From: Wolbachia endosymbiont of Litomosoides sigmodontis
GTDB taxonomy: Bacteria > Pseudomonadota > Alphaproteobacteria > Rickettsiales > Anaplasmataceae
Direction: 5' to 3'
Length of the DNA: 32,000 bases
Assembly (NCBI RefSeq): GCF_013365435.1
Contig: NZ_CP046577.1
Coordinates: forward strand, 450,001-482,000
Every line of letters begins with the position of its first letter. Positions within the stretch are counted from its first letter, which is position 1. Below the pieces are notes generated by a model that did no database searches, was not told the DNA's origin, and worked only from the letters and a program-made list of their open reading frames with translations. This document shows positions 9,824 to 18,985 of the stretch, one piece after another. A program made the translations under genes and the position numbers.

Positions 9824-10711
9824 ATGCACACAAATACTTTGTTCAATGTTGAATCGACAGTATTAGATTTTTGGCATTTACTGAAGCCAAGGGTAATGTA
9901 CCTTGTGGTATTTACTGCAGTTGCTGGAATAGTTGCTGCTCCAGGTAATATTCATCCTTTTCTGGCATTAGTATCTCTTATGTGTATTGCTCTTGGCTCA
10001 GGATCTGCAGGTGCTATAAATATGTGGTATGATAGGGACATAGATCTGCTCATGAAAAGAACAAAAACTCGTCCTATACCTTCTGGTAAGGTTTCTGCAG
10101 AAAGTGCACTTGAACTTGGTGTAACTCTTGGAATATTGTCAGTATTCATTATGGCAATAGCAGTAAACTATGTTTCTGCTATTTTGCTTGCAGTTAGTAT
10201 ATTATTTTACGTTTTCATATATACAATTTGGCTCAAAAGGCGTACTCCGCAGAATATTGTTATCGGTGGTGCATCAGGTGCCTTTCCTCCAATGATTGGC
10301 TGGGCAGTTGTGACTAATTCTGTGAGTTGGGGAAGTTTTGTTCTATTCTTAATAATTTTTATGTGGACTCCGCCACACTTTTGGTCCTTATCTTTAAATA
10401 ATTCTGAAGACTATGTGAAAGCGTCAGTTCCAATGTTCAATATTGTTTATGGCGCAGAGAAAACAAGAAAATATATATTAGTTTATAGTGTATTGCTGGT
10501 ATTGACTAGTTTACTTCCAGCCTTATTCTTGAGAAAGGTTTTATTTTATCTAGGTATGGCAATCTTTGGAGGTTGCATTTTTATCTGGTATGCTGTATCT
10601 GTTATGAAATTGAAAGATCACAACTCACAAAAAAGAATGTTTTCTTATTCAATTCCTTATCTATTTTTTCTGTTTGCTAGTATTATTTTATGTTCTATTG
10701 ATTTGTTTTGA
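9824..10711 (+). CDS. ctaB: Protoheme IX farnesyltransferase (heme O synthase)
   Basis: 295-aa polytopic ORF starting 1 nt after the coxA stop. UbiA-family motifs are present ([34 protein letters not shown]). Confidence 0.93.
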   Translation: MHTNTLFNVESTVLDFWHLLKPRVMYLVVFTAVAGIVAAPGNIHPFLALVSLMCIALGSGSAGAINMWYDRDIDLLMKRTKTRPIPSGKVSAESALELGVTLGILSVFIMAIAVNYVSAILLAVSILFYVFIYTIWLKRRTPQNIVIGGASGAFPPMIGWAVVTNSVSWGSFVLFLIIFMWTPPHFWSLSLNNSEDYVKASVPMFNIVYGAEKTRKYILVYSVLLVLTSLLPALFLRKVLFYLGMAIFGGCIFIWYAVSVMKLKDHNSQKRMFSYSIPYLFFLFASIILCSIDLF

Positions 10712-10713
10712 GT

Positions 10714-10821
10714 ATGAAAGAGCAGCAGAAACATAAAAACTATTTTTTACTTTTTCTTCTAACAACGCTCATTGTAGCACTTTTCTTTGTTTCTATAATA
10801 AAATTTAAAGGTGCAGCTTAA
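10714..10821 (+). CDS. Candidate 35-aa single-TM microprotein coupled to ctaB (unverified)
   Basis: The ATG lies 2 nt after the ctaB TGA. The sequence is MKEQQKHKNYFLLFLLTTLIVALFFVSIIKFKGAA: a basic N-terminus, one hydrophobic helix and a basic C-terminus. It is below the ORF-track length cutoff, and its stop sits within a small palindrome. Confidence 0.35.
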   Translation: MKEQQKHKNYFLLFLLTTLIVALFFVSIIKFKGAA

Positions 10822-10830
10822 GCTGCCTTT
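10813..10830 (+). terminator. Weak hairpin after the cox/ctaB unit
   Basis: gcagcttaagctgc is a perfect palindrome (5-bp GC-rich stem, 4-nt loop) followed by cttt. The T-tract is short, so terminator function is uncertain. Confidence 0.2.
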
Positions 10831-10905
10831 ATATCTATAGGTTTCATTAGAATTCTACTTTCATAGGAGAGCAACTATATACTTTATTAATTTATTATAG
10901 TTAAA

Positions 10906-11343
10906 ATGAGTAGAAAGGAAGTAACAATATACACGGATGGGGCATGTTCTGGTAATCCTGGCACAGGGGGATGGGCGGCTATTATATTATTTCAAGACTA
11001 TAGAAAAGATGTTTATGGTAGGGAAGAAAATACTACAAACAACAAGATGGAGTTGACAGCAGTGATTAATGGACTAAAAGTATTAAAATTTTCTTGTAAT
11101 ATTAATTTGTATACGGATAGTCTCTATGTTAAATATGGTATAGTAGAATGGATAAATAAGTGGAAAATGAATGGCTGGAAGACAAGTAGTAAAAAGTTAG
11201 TAAAAAATATGGAGTTGTGGAAGAAATTGGATAATATTGCTTCACAACACAAAATTAGTTGGAAGTGGGTTAAAGCTCATAATGGCGATAAACATAATGA
11301 GGAGGCTGATAGTTTAGCAAGAAAAGCAATAACCGATGCTTAA
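10906..11343 (+). CDS. rnhA: Ribonuclease HI
   Basis: 145-aa ORF with VTIYTDGACSGNPGTGGWAAI, TTNNKMELTAV, YTDSLYV, and WVKAHNGDKHNEEADSLA (the DEDD catalytic residues in context). Confidence 0.93.
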   Translation: MSRKEVTIYTDGACSGNPGTGGWAAIILFQDYRKDVYGREENTTNNKMELTAVINGLKVLKFSCNINLYTDSLYVKYGIVEWINKWKMNGWKTSSKKLVKNMELWKKLDNIASQHKISWKWVKAHNGDKHNEEADSLARKAITDA

Positions 11344-14287
11344 AAAGATTACTATATCATTTTCTATAGCTTTGTTGTTGATATTCTGCTTCTTTGTTTT
11401 TTTTAAAGGTAAAAGTCCTTTAGAAATCAATGTTAGTTGTATCAATTTTTACGTAAAGAATAAGATATCGAAAATATTTGCCAACTCGGATGTTAATATG
11501 AAGAGTACTTTAGTTATTTTACAGAAAGACGGCAAAGATCCTTATTTGGTTATTACAAATTTGAAAATAGTAAATTCTGGTTTTACTATAGAAATTCCTA
11601 AATTTTTTGTGTATTTAAAGTTAAGTTCCCTGTTTAGGGCTAATGTAAAGTTTTCTCAAGTTCTAGCTGATAATGTGTATGCGTATATCGATCAGGAGAA
11701 ATCTGACTTTAAAATGATTGATTTTGATTTGAGAAATTCTTTGAAAGCATTAAGGGAATTCTTTTTTGATTTAAATGCAGGTTCAAAGATTGAAGTGACT
11801 AACATTAAAATCAATAGAAGCGTGGAAGGCAAATTCTTTATTGATAAATTATATATAGGGAAAAGGGAAGATTTTAGTGTTTTAGATATTTGTGTTCATA
11901 TAAAAGACGAAAAAGGATTTTTGAGTGATTTGTCTATTGCGATAAAAAATCGCAACGATTTGTTAAATGTGTACGGGACATTTTATAACCTAAAATTGGG
12001 GCTATTTAGCGAGTTTTTCACGTTAATTAAAAATTACAATTTGGGCAAAAATATAGGGTTCAAGGGAAACTTCTCGATGAAAATTAATGGAAAGAATGAG
12101 ATTATAGATGGAAATATATATATTTTAAATACAGAAAATCGTGATGATAAAAACTTAACTATAACTAATGTGAATGTAAATTTATCATATAGTGATGGGG
12201 TCATTGATGTAAAGGACTTCTATTTTAACCTAAATGGTACGTATCTCTCTTTGATTGGCAAGATGAACTTTAATACAAATCATGCTTTGTTTAGAGTTGA
12301 TATTAGTAAATTTGCCGCAAAAGATTTATGCACTTATGTGCCAGATGACATAATTAATAATGAATTTAAAAGATGGTATTGCCATAATATCGATGGAGAC
12401 ATTTTAAATGCAGTTGTAAGCTTTAATGGTAAAGTTAATGACTTAATTGATAATGGTCTGTCAGATATTGTAGTAGTTGCTGATATAGAAAATGGCAGCG
12501 TAAAATTTGATGAAGATTTTGAACAAGTAAGGGAATTAAGCGGTAACTTAATTCTTAAGAGTAACAATCTCAAAGTTAATGTGAATAGCGCTAAATTTCA
12601 GAATTTCACTATTAATGGTGGTGATATTGAAATGGATTCTCTTGATAAGAAAGATTCAGTTTTAACCATTAATGGCCAAGCTGTAAGTGATGCTTATGGG
12701 TTGTATGAGCCTATAAAATTTAAGCTGAATGATGTGATTAAGGTTGAAGAGAGTAAAATAGGGGGAGCAGCAAGATCTGTATTCAGTTTTCGCGTCTTTA
12801 ATATAAATACTGGTGGTAAAAAAGTAAACTTTTCTGCCAAATTTCATTCTGAAATTGATAATCTAGTTGTCTATGATGCAAGTCTTGGTAAGTATGATAT
12901 TAAGCTTGATTTTGGCAGTGATTTTATAGATTTGAGTGGTAGTGGTATAGTGAATAATACACAGCTGCTATTTGATCTAAAAAGTAGCAACAAAAATGAA
13001 AGTTTTACCTGGAATTTAACCGGGGATTTACCTGCTCAAATACTTAGTTTTGATGGTGGTTACTTCAATGCAAATATAGGGTCAGTGATAAATCAAGATA
13101 AGACTGGATATATTAATGGTAATGTAGATTTATCAGAGCTTGAATCGCGTTCAAGTTGTTTAGGGTGGAAAAATCGTTTTGAAGATCACAATAAAATTTC
13201 GTTCTCTGTGAAGTTAAAAGGTACTGATAAGTTGTTAATAAATAATTTGGATGTTATGGGGAGTGATTTAGATATAAAATTTAGTGGAAGAGTAGAAAAT
13301 GGGAATTTGTACTTAAATTCTAGTAGCTTTAAGCTACCCGATAATGATCTTAGTGTAGAAATCAAGTCAGGTAAGGAAAAAAATACCATAAATATTTGTG
13401 GTGAAAAAATCAACTTAAGTGATATTTTAGATTTATTTGGCAAAAATGATAGTAGATTTAGTGCTAATGTAGAAGTTAGTATAAATGTTAACAATGTAAT
13501 TATGGAAGAAGGTATTGTTATAAAAGATGCTAGATTGAATATAACTTGTACTAAAGGTAATTGTAATGGTAGCCAATTTACAGGGCGGTTTCTAAAAGAT
13601 GACAGTAACATATTAGTAAAGTACAGTGGAATAGGACTGGAAATATATGCAGATAATTCAGGTATGTTTTTGCGTTCTTTAGGCATTAGTAAATCAGTTA
13701 AAAATGGTAAATTATCCTTTTACCTATCTCCTCAAAGGGAAAGTGGGGAACATTATGGTATGTTATCTATTAGTAATTTCTATATTAAAGATGCTCCACT
13801 ACTCACTACTTTATTATCAATGTCTTCACTCCCTGGGATTGTGAATACGATAAAGAATGAAGGTGTGTACTTTTATAAGTGTAATGCGCCTTTTTCATAT
13901 AAGGATGGTACTGTTGAAATTGAAGAATCTTGGCTTGAAGGAGCAGAGTTGGGTATTAGTACTAGCGGTAAGCTTGATACTAGGGATTATAAATTTCAGG
14001 TTGAAGGACAAGTAATACCGGCATATTCGATTAATAAGTCTCTGTCAAAAATTCCTATAGTTGGGAAACTTCTAACTGGCGGGAAAAGTAGGGGAACTAT
14101 TTCAATAGACTACAGAGCAAGTGGAAATGATAAGAATAGTAATGTATTTATTAATTTTATCTCTTCGCTAACTCCAAGCTTATTCAAGGAGTTGTTAGGA
14201 GTATTTGATCGCGCTATGACCAAGGCTAACGAAGCTATTACTAGCAGTTTGAAAGGTGGCATGAAGAAGAAGTTTAGCTCAGTATAA
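11336..14287 (+). CDS. Large inner-membrane-anchored YhdP/AsmA-like (DUF3971-type) envelope protein
   Basis: 983-aa ORF overlapping the rnhA stop by 8 nt. It has a single N-terminal TM helix (ITISFSIALLLIFCFFVFF) and a long beta-rich Asn/Lys/Ser-rich body. The C-terminal block GKLDTRDYKFQVEGQVIPAYSINKSLSKIPIVGKLLTGGKSRGTISIDYRASG resembles the AsmA-like C-terminal region. The assignment rests on architecture and motif recollection, not on a search. Confidence 0.65.
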   Translation: MLKKITISFSIALLLIFCFFVFFKGKSPLEINVSCINFYVKNKISKIFANSDVNMKSTLVILQKDGKDPYLVITNLKIVNSGFTIEIPKFFVYLKLSSLFRANVKFSQVLADNVYAYIDQEKSDFKMIDFDLRNSLKALREFFFDLNAGSKIEVTNIKINRSVEGKFFIDKLYIGKREDFSVLDICVHIKDEKGFLSDLSIAIKNRNDLLNVYGTFYNLKLGLFSEFFTLIKNYNLGKNIGFKGNFSMKINGKNEIIDGNIYILNTENRDDKNLTITNVNVNLSYSDGVIDVKDFYFNLNGTYLSLIGKMNFNTNHALFRVDISKFAAKDLCTYVPDDIINNEFKRWYCHNIDGDILNAVVSFNGKVNDLIDNGLSDIVVVADIENGSVKFDEDFEQVRELSGNLILKSNNLKVNVNSAKFQNFTINGGDIEMDSLDKKDSVLTINGQAVSDAYGLYEPIKFKLNDVIKVEESKIGGAARSVFSFRVFNINTGGKKVNFSAKFHSEIDNLVVYDASLGKYDIKLDFGSDFIDLSGSGIVNNTQLLFDLKSSNKNESFTWNLTGDLPAQILSFDGGYFNANIGSVINQDKTGYINGNVDLSELESRSSCLGWKNRFEDHNKISFSVKLKGTDKLLINNLDVMGSDLDIKFSGRVENGNLYLNSSSFKLPDNDLSVEIKSGKEKNTINICGEKINLSDILDLFGKNDSRFSANVEVSINVNNVIMEEGIVIKDARLNITCTKGNCNGSQFTGRFLKDDSNILVKYSGIGLEIYADNSGMFLRSLGISKSVKNGKLSFYLSPQRESGEHYGMLSISNFYIKDAPLLTTLLSMSSLPGIVNTIKNEGVYFYKCNAPFSYKDGTVEIEESWLEGAELGISTSGKLDTRDYKFQVEGQVIPAYSINKSLSKIPIVGKLLTGGKSRGTISIDYRASGNDKNSNVFINFISSLTPSLFKELLGVFDRAMTKANEAITSSLKGGMKKKFSSV

Positions 14288-14480
14288 CCAAAAAGTAAGT
14301 TACTTCTCTGCAAGATCAAAAATACAGGAGTTTCAAGATGATTATCTCGATTTTTTATCTGATTATTTAAGTATCCTTTATTGCTTTTCTATGTTTGCTG
14401 AAGGTATAAAACAATATTAGGAATGGTACAACAGTTATTCACTGCATAGTAGCTCATTTATCATTTAAAGTTAAGTTTAA

Positions 14481-15270
14481 ATACTGATAAGACAATAATG
14501 AAAAAGAAGCCATGGTGAAGTGAGTAAAATAGGAGATTTTAATGGCGTTGAAATCAAAAATGTGTTTCATCTCAAAAGGACAACATTAACTACATGATAA
14601 AGTACCTAAAATTTAGAAGAATTGATTAGAGTTAATTTGTACAAATTGAAGTATGGATACAAGGTAATCTTAATATTACTACTAAAAAAATTAGAATACG
14701 CAAAAGATGAAGTTTTTGTATATTATGTCAAGGCCAATTCATAATGAATAAGATGAAGGTAAACAGGAAGAGTGCAAAAAACATGAATGAGACTATTGGG
14801 TAAGAATCATGAATAAGAGAGTCATCATTCTTTGATGAATTGCGGTTTGTCATACCTTTGAAAGGTAGACATGGATAGTTTTAAAAAGGTGTTAGAACAT
14901 AAATTAAAGTAAAATTAGGTGAAAAGATTTTTATTTCTACAATGAAAGGAGTTCTAGTTATTTGTACCTAATGTCAATACTGATTACATGAGTATATTTC
15001 CTGAGTAAATGTTACAATATTTAAGAATATGAGAAGTCTTTCTTGTTATGAATTGTGCTAGTTAGTATAGGTTAAAAAATTTGAAAGTACCTAAGAATAT
15101 TAAGATTATATATTTACTACCATATTCACCAGAACTCAATCCTATTGAAAGACTTTGGTTGTATATAAAACAGAACATTTTATGTAATAAAGTATATAAC
15201 ACAATTGCTGTTTTTGAGCATGGTGTGGAGATATCGTGAATGAATCGTGATATGACAAACTTTACCAAGC
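14481..15270 (+). mobile_element. IS630-family relic R5 (most complete 3' half)
   Basis: The 5' end is atactgataagacaataatgaaaaagaagccatggtgaagtgagtaaaatagg. At 15111-15236 the frame reads YLLPYSPELNPIERLWLYIKQNILCNKVYNTIAVFEHGVEIS*, the hallmark IS630/Tc1-mariner block containing the catalytic E of the DDE triad. The upstream part is riddled with stops. Confidence 0.7.
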
Positions 15271-15489
15271 GTCACTCGCTGGAATGATACCGTTTTGCAG
15301 ACTAAAATTACAATGCTCGTACAGCTATGCGTCACATGCTAGTATGGTAATATAAAAAAAAGAATACAACAAAGGAAAGAGTTGAAAAAAGCCTACCTAT
15401 TTTGGTCTAGTTAATTACTAATTAAAAACAAAAGAATAGAATGCAAAATTGAATAACATTTTCTATAATTAGATTTTTTAGGTGAAGAA

Positions 15490-16476
15490 ATGAAGACTCG
15501 TGTAGGAATTAATGGTCTTGGTAGAATAGGAAGAAGTGTATTGCGTGCTACCCATGAAATAGAAAAATATAGCGAACAAATAGAAGTTATAGCTGTGAAT
15601 GGATCACTCAGCGCTGAGCAACATGCACATTTGATTAAGTATGATTCTGTTCACGGTAAATTTAATGGTGATATTAGTTTTAACGAGTCTAAAAATTGGA
15701 TTTCTATAAATGACAGAAAATTTTCTTTATATAGAGAGCGTAGCCCTGAAAATGTTCCTTGGGACGTTGATGTGGTGCTTGAGTGCACTGGTGTATTCAA
15801 TAAGCGCGTAGAAGCAGCAAAGCATAACGCAGGAAAAGTTATTGTCTCTGCTCCAGTTTCAGGTGCTGATGTAACTATAGTTTATGGTGTAAATAATAAT
15901 ATGCTCAAAAAAGAGCATAAAGTAATATCAGCAGGTTCTTGTACCACAAATTGTCTTGCTCCTGTTGTAAAGGTTCTACACTACAATTTAGGTATTAAAA
16001 GCGGCTTTATGACTACTGTACATGCCTACACGAATGACCAAAATGTTCTTGATGGCAACCATAGAGACTTGCGCAGGGCAAGGGCCTGTGGATTATCTAT
16101 GGTTCCAACTACAACTGGAGCAGCAAAAGCAATAGGTTCTGTCATTCCTGAATTAAAGGGGAAGCTAGGCAGTACTGCCATTAGAGTTCCAGTTGCTAAC
16201 GTCTCTATGGTTGACCTTAAATTCACCACTAATAAGAAAGTAACAACTAAAGAAATAAACGAAATGTTCAAAAACTCCGCAAATGACGTGCTTTCCATAT
16301 GTGAGGAACCTTTAGTCTCAATAGACTTCGTGCATGACTCTCATAGTGCAATTGTGGATTTAGCTGGCACATATGTTACAGATGATATCTGTAGAGTTGC
16401 AGCTTGGTACGATAACGAATGGGCTTTTTCTCTAAGGATGCTGGATATAGCATTATTGTGCTGTAATAGAATATGA
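15490..16476 (+). CDS. gap: Glyceraldehyde-3-phosphate dehydrogenase (type I)
   Basis: 328-aa ORF with the INGLGRIGR Rossmann motif, the catalytic SCTTNCLAP motif and WYDNEWAF near the C-terminus. An AGGTGA Shine-Dalgarno sequence lies 5 nt upstream. Confidence 0.95.
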   Translation: MKTRVGINGLGRIGRSVLRATHEIEKYSEQIEVIAVNGSLSAEQHAHLIKYDSVHGKFNGDISFNESKNWISINDRKFSLYRERSPENVPWDVDVVLECTGVFNKRVEAAKHNAGKVIVSAPVSGADVTIVYGVNNNMLKKEHKVISAGSCTTNCLAPVVKVLHYNLGIKSGFMTTVHAYTNDQNVLDGNHRDLRRARACGLSMVPTTTGAAKAIGSVIPELKGKLGSTAIRVPVANVSMVDLKFTTNKKVTTKEINEMFKNSANDVLSICEEPLVSIDFVHDSHSAIVDLAGTYVTDDICRVAAWYDNEWAFSLRMLDIALLCCNRI

Positions 16477-17240
16477 ATAGAGACCTTAATAAATATGCTT
16501 CCTTTTATGAACACCTTGCAGAACTCAGGAAAAGGGTTATTTTTTGTTTTCTATTTTTTCTTATTATCTTTGGGTTTTGCTACTATTTTAAAGAAAATAT
16601 ATATTATTTTTTACTTACACCCTTAATAGAAATTACAAAGGATAGCAATGACTTTTCTCTAATCTATACAGACCTAACAGAAGCATTCTTTGTATATCTA
16701 AGGGTTGCAATAATGAGCGCATTTTTGTTTTCTTTTCCTGTATTTGCATGGCAATTTTATATGTTTTTAGCACCAGGATTATACAAAAGAGAAAGGGCGG
16801 TGTTATTGCCATACTTAATTGCAACACCTATTTTGTTTATAACAGGAGCTGCTGTAGTCTATTACCACATATTCCCACTAGCCTGGAAGTTTTTTATTGC
16901 TTTCGAACATAGTGGTAAATCTTTTGGCATACCGATAGAGTTTATGCCGTCGGTTAGCGAATATCTAGACCTAGTTCTCCAATTTATGTTTGCATTTGGA
17001 ACTGCATTTCAAATTCCAGTCATACTTACATTAATGGTTAGGATTGGATTACTTACTACGCAAAGTTTATCGAATAAGCGTAGAATCTCGATAGTGGCAA
17101 TTTTCATTATTGCTGCAATCTTAACTCCCCCTGATGTGTTAAGCCAAGTAGGGCTTGCTGTACCAATGTTAATTCTATACGAATTATCCATTCTAATATG
17201 TAGATATATTGAGAAGAAAGCAAAAGATTCTAATAGATAA
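16473..17240 (+). CDS. tatC: Twin-arginine translocase subunit TatC
   Basis: 255-aa six-TM ORF with HLAELRKRVI at the N-terminus and FAFGTAFQIPVI and TPPDVLSQ motifs. Its start overlaps the gap stop (ATGA). Confidence 0.93.
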   Translation: MNRDLNKYASFYEHLAELRKRVIFCFLFFLIIFGFCYYFKENIYYFLLTPLIEITKDSNDFSLIYTDLTEAFFVYLRVAIMSAFLFSFPVFAWQFYMFLAPGLYKRERAVLLPYLIATPILFITGAAVVYYHIFPLAWKFFIAFEHSGKSFGIPIEFMPSVSEYLDLVLQFMFAFGTAFQIPVILTLMVRIGLLTTQSLSNKRRISIVAIFIIAAILTPPDVLSQVGLAVPMLILYELSILICRYIEKKAKDSNR

Positions 17241-17443
17241 AAAGCTTTGTATATTTGCATCTATAAAAATTATATAATATAAATATTATGAAAAATATAA
17301 AAACATAGCTGCTCAGCAGGAGAGAATGTAAATTTTTCTCTATATGTAAATCATAAAGTACTGATAATGTATAAAACTATGTATTCCACTGAGTTATCGA
17401 CTGGGTTATTTACAATACTGCCGAGTAACTTAACCATATGCTT

Positions 17444-17469
17444 AAAAAGGCTGCCTTTTCTTTTTTTTC
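17444..17469. terminator. Possible bidirectional terminator between tatC and the convergent pseudogene
   Basis: aaaaggctgcctttt forms a hairpin (6-bp stem, 3-nt loop). It is followed by cttttttttc on the plus strand and by an A/T run on the minus strand. The stem is weak. Confidence 0.3.
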
Positions 17470-17497
17470 TACTTGTTTTTTTAATAAAATATATGCT

Positions 17498-18311
17498 CTA
17501 TTGAGCAGCAGATGCAGGAGGTAGTGCTGCGTATGAGACTCTATCGAGTTTGTTACTAAGTTTTGATATTGTATACATATTACCACCAGCAGTAAATTCA
17601 ACTGTCAAAACAGCAGCTACAGCCATATTAACTATAGCTAACATTGATAATTGAGCATCTAAGGCAGAGAGAACATTCACTGCTAACTGCCAGTGCAGCT
17701 ATAACACTACAAACACTACCAATTATTATTGCTCTATCAACTGCCATCCTAGTTTTAAGCTGAAGAATTTGGCTTGGATCATCGCAATGCCAAGTTTCTT
17801 TTAAAGAGCCTTTCATTTCTTCAAGATCATCTTCCTCTATAACAGCAACAGTATCTTTGAATTTACTTCATTAAAACCGAAAACAGATTCCACATTTTTT
17901 TAGTTTTGCTAAATATCTTAACAAAAAACTTTCTTAAATTACCACTTTCTTTATATGCACCAAACATTTTCATAACTTGCTTTTCTTTAGGAGGCATATC
18001 ATCATATTTTACAATATTTGGAAAATTTATAGTTATATTCCTAGTACATAACACTTCTTAAAATGATATACCTTTTCCTCTTATCATATTTAAAATAGCT
18101 ACCAAGCCTTCCTGATTATTAATAATAAGAGCATAGTCATGCAGGGCTTTAATTTCTTTTTTTCAATTTTTGAACTCTATAGTTGTACCTCGAGTAATAA
18201 AAATTACCAGTAAATTATCCTTTAAAAAGACCAACAAAATCCTAACAATTTTTTTATTGCTTCCTCTAACTGAGTATACAAATTCCATTGTTCCTCTTTT
18301 GACTCTGACAT
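17498..18311 (-). pseudogene. Multiply frameshifted pseudogene of an unknown protein with a hydrophobic Ala-rich C-terminus
   Basis: Four consecutive minus-strand ORF fragments in different frames, plus two short leading pieces, join into one reading. It runs MSESKEEQWNLYTQLEEAIKKLLGF / LLVFLKDNLLVIFITRGTTIEFKN / IKALHDYALIINNQEGLVAILNMIRGKGISF / EVLCTRNITINFPNIVKYDDMPPKEKQVMKMFGAYKESGNLRKFF... / FKDTVAVIEEDDLEEMKGSLKETWHCDDPSQILQLKTRMAVDRAIIIGSVCSVIAALAVS / VNVLSALDAQLSMLAIVNMAVAAVLTVEFTAGGNMYTISKLSNKLDRVSYAALPPASAAQ*. At least five frame disruptions are present. I did not recognise the family. Confidence 0.5.
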
Positions 18312-18531
18312 AGATTACCTTAATAAAAACTTAAACTTGAGTATCATATATCTCAGTAAAAAAGTCAAAAAAATGGACACGATATCAAGATATCACAGCA
18401 TTCTATTAATAGAAATCACACTCTCAAATAAGAAGGAGGTGTTTATATTGGAACAGACACAATAAAATTGCATAATAACTAAAATAATAGAGTTATAGGT
18501 TCTATCTCTTGGTAATACCAATTCCTACTAT

Positions 18532-18985
18532 ACAAAGAATGGATAGATAATAATGGAAAAAAGCCATACTGAAGTAAGTAAAGTAGTGAAGTTTAAATGA
18601 TGTTAAGATCAAAATTATTGGATAAAAAAAGTCTGGTGAAATCAGCAAAAGAGATGCTAAAGAAAATACAAAATAATGCGTGTATTACAAAAACCTAAGT
18701 GCTGTGATTACAGCAAAAAAGCACAGTACAGTAGCTGTAGCAAAAATATGTTGCATTTCAAGAACAGCACTAACCGCATGGATAAAGCACCTAAAATTTT
18801 AAAGGAAGTAAAATTGTTTACTACCCCTTGAAATCGGGAAAAACTAAATTGAATCAAAGTCAATTTGAGCAAGTTGAAGTATCAATACAAGAAAATCCTA
18901 ATATTACAATTAAAGAAATAAAAATAAGAATCCAGGAAAATTTAGCTTAAATGTCAGTAAGTCTACAGTACACCGTAAGGAGTAT
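18532..18985 (+). mobile_element. IS630-family relic R6 (5' HTH region; may extend to about 19080)
   Basis: The 5' end is acaaagaatggatagataataatggaaaaaagccatactgaagtaagtaaag. Broken frames read ...ISRTALTAWIKHLK..., ...PLKSGKTKLNQSQFEQVEVSIQENPNITIKEIK... and ...NVSKSTVHR..., the paired HTH layout of IS630 transposase N-termini. Confidence 0.6.

Noticed and set aside
15267-15350. Two gcgtcac-initiated segments (gcgtcactcgctggaatgatacc and gcgtcacatgctagtatggtaat) just past the 3' end of relic R5. They could be degenerate copies of the same palindromic repeat seen in addA, or IS terminal repeats.
   Set aside because: The match to the hairpin core is partial, with only ctggaat retained, and no stem can be formed. 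The evidence is too weak to call.
17296-17345. Small hairpins after tatC (ctgctcagcag; agagaa...ttctct).
   Set aside because: The stems are only 4-6 bp with no T-tract. The aaaaggctgcctttt plus T-run at 17444-17469 is a better, though still weak, terminator candidate.
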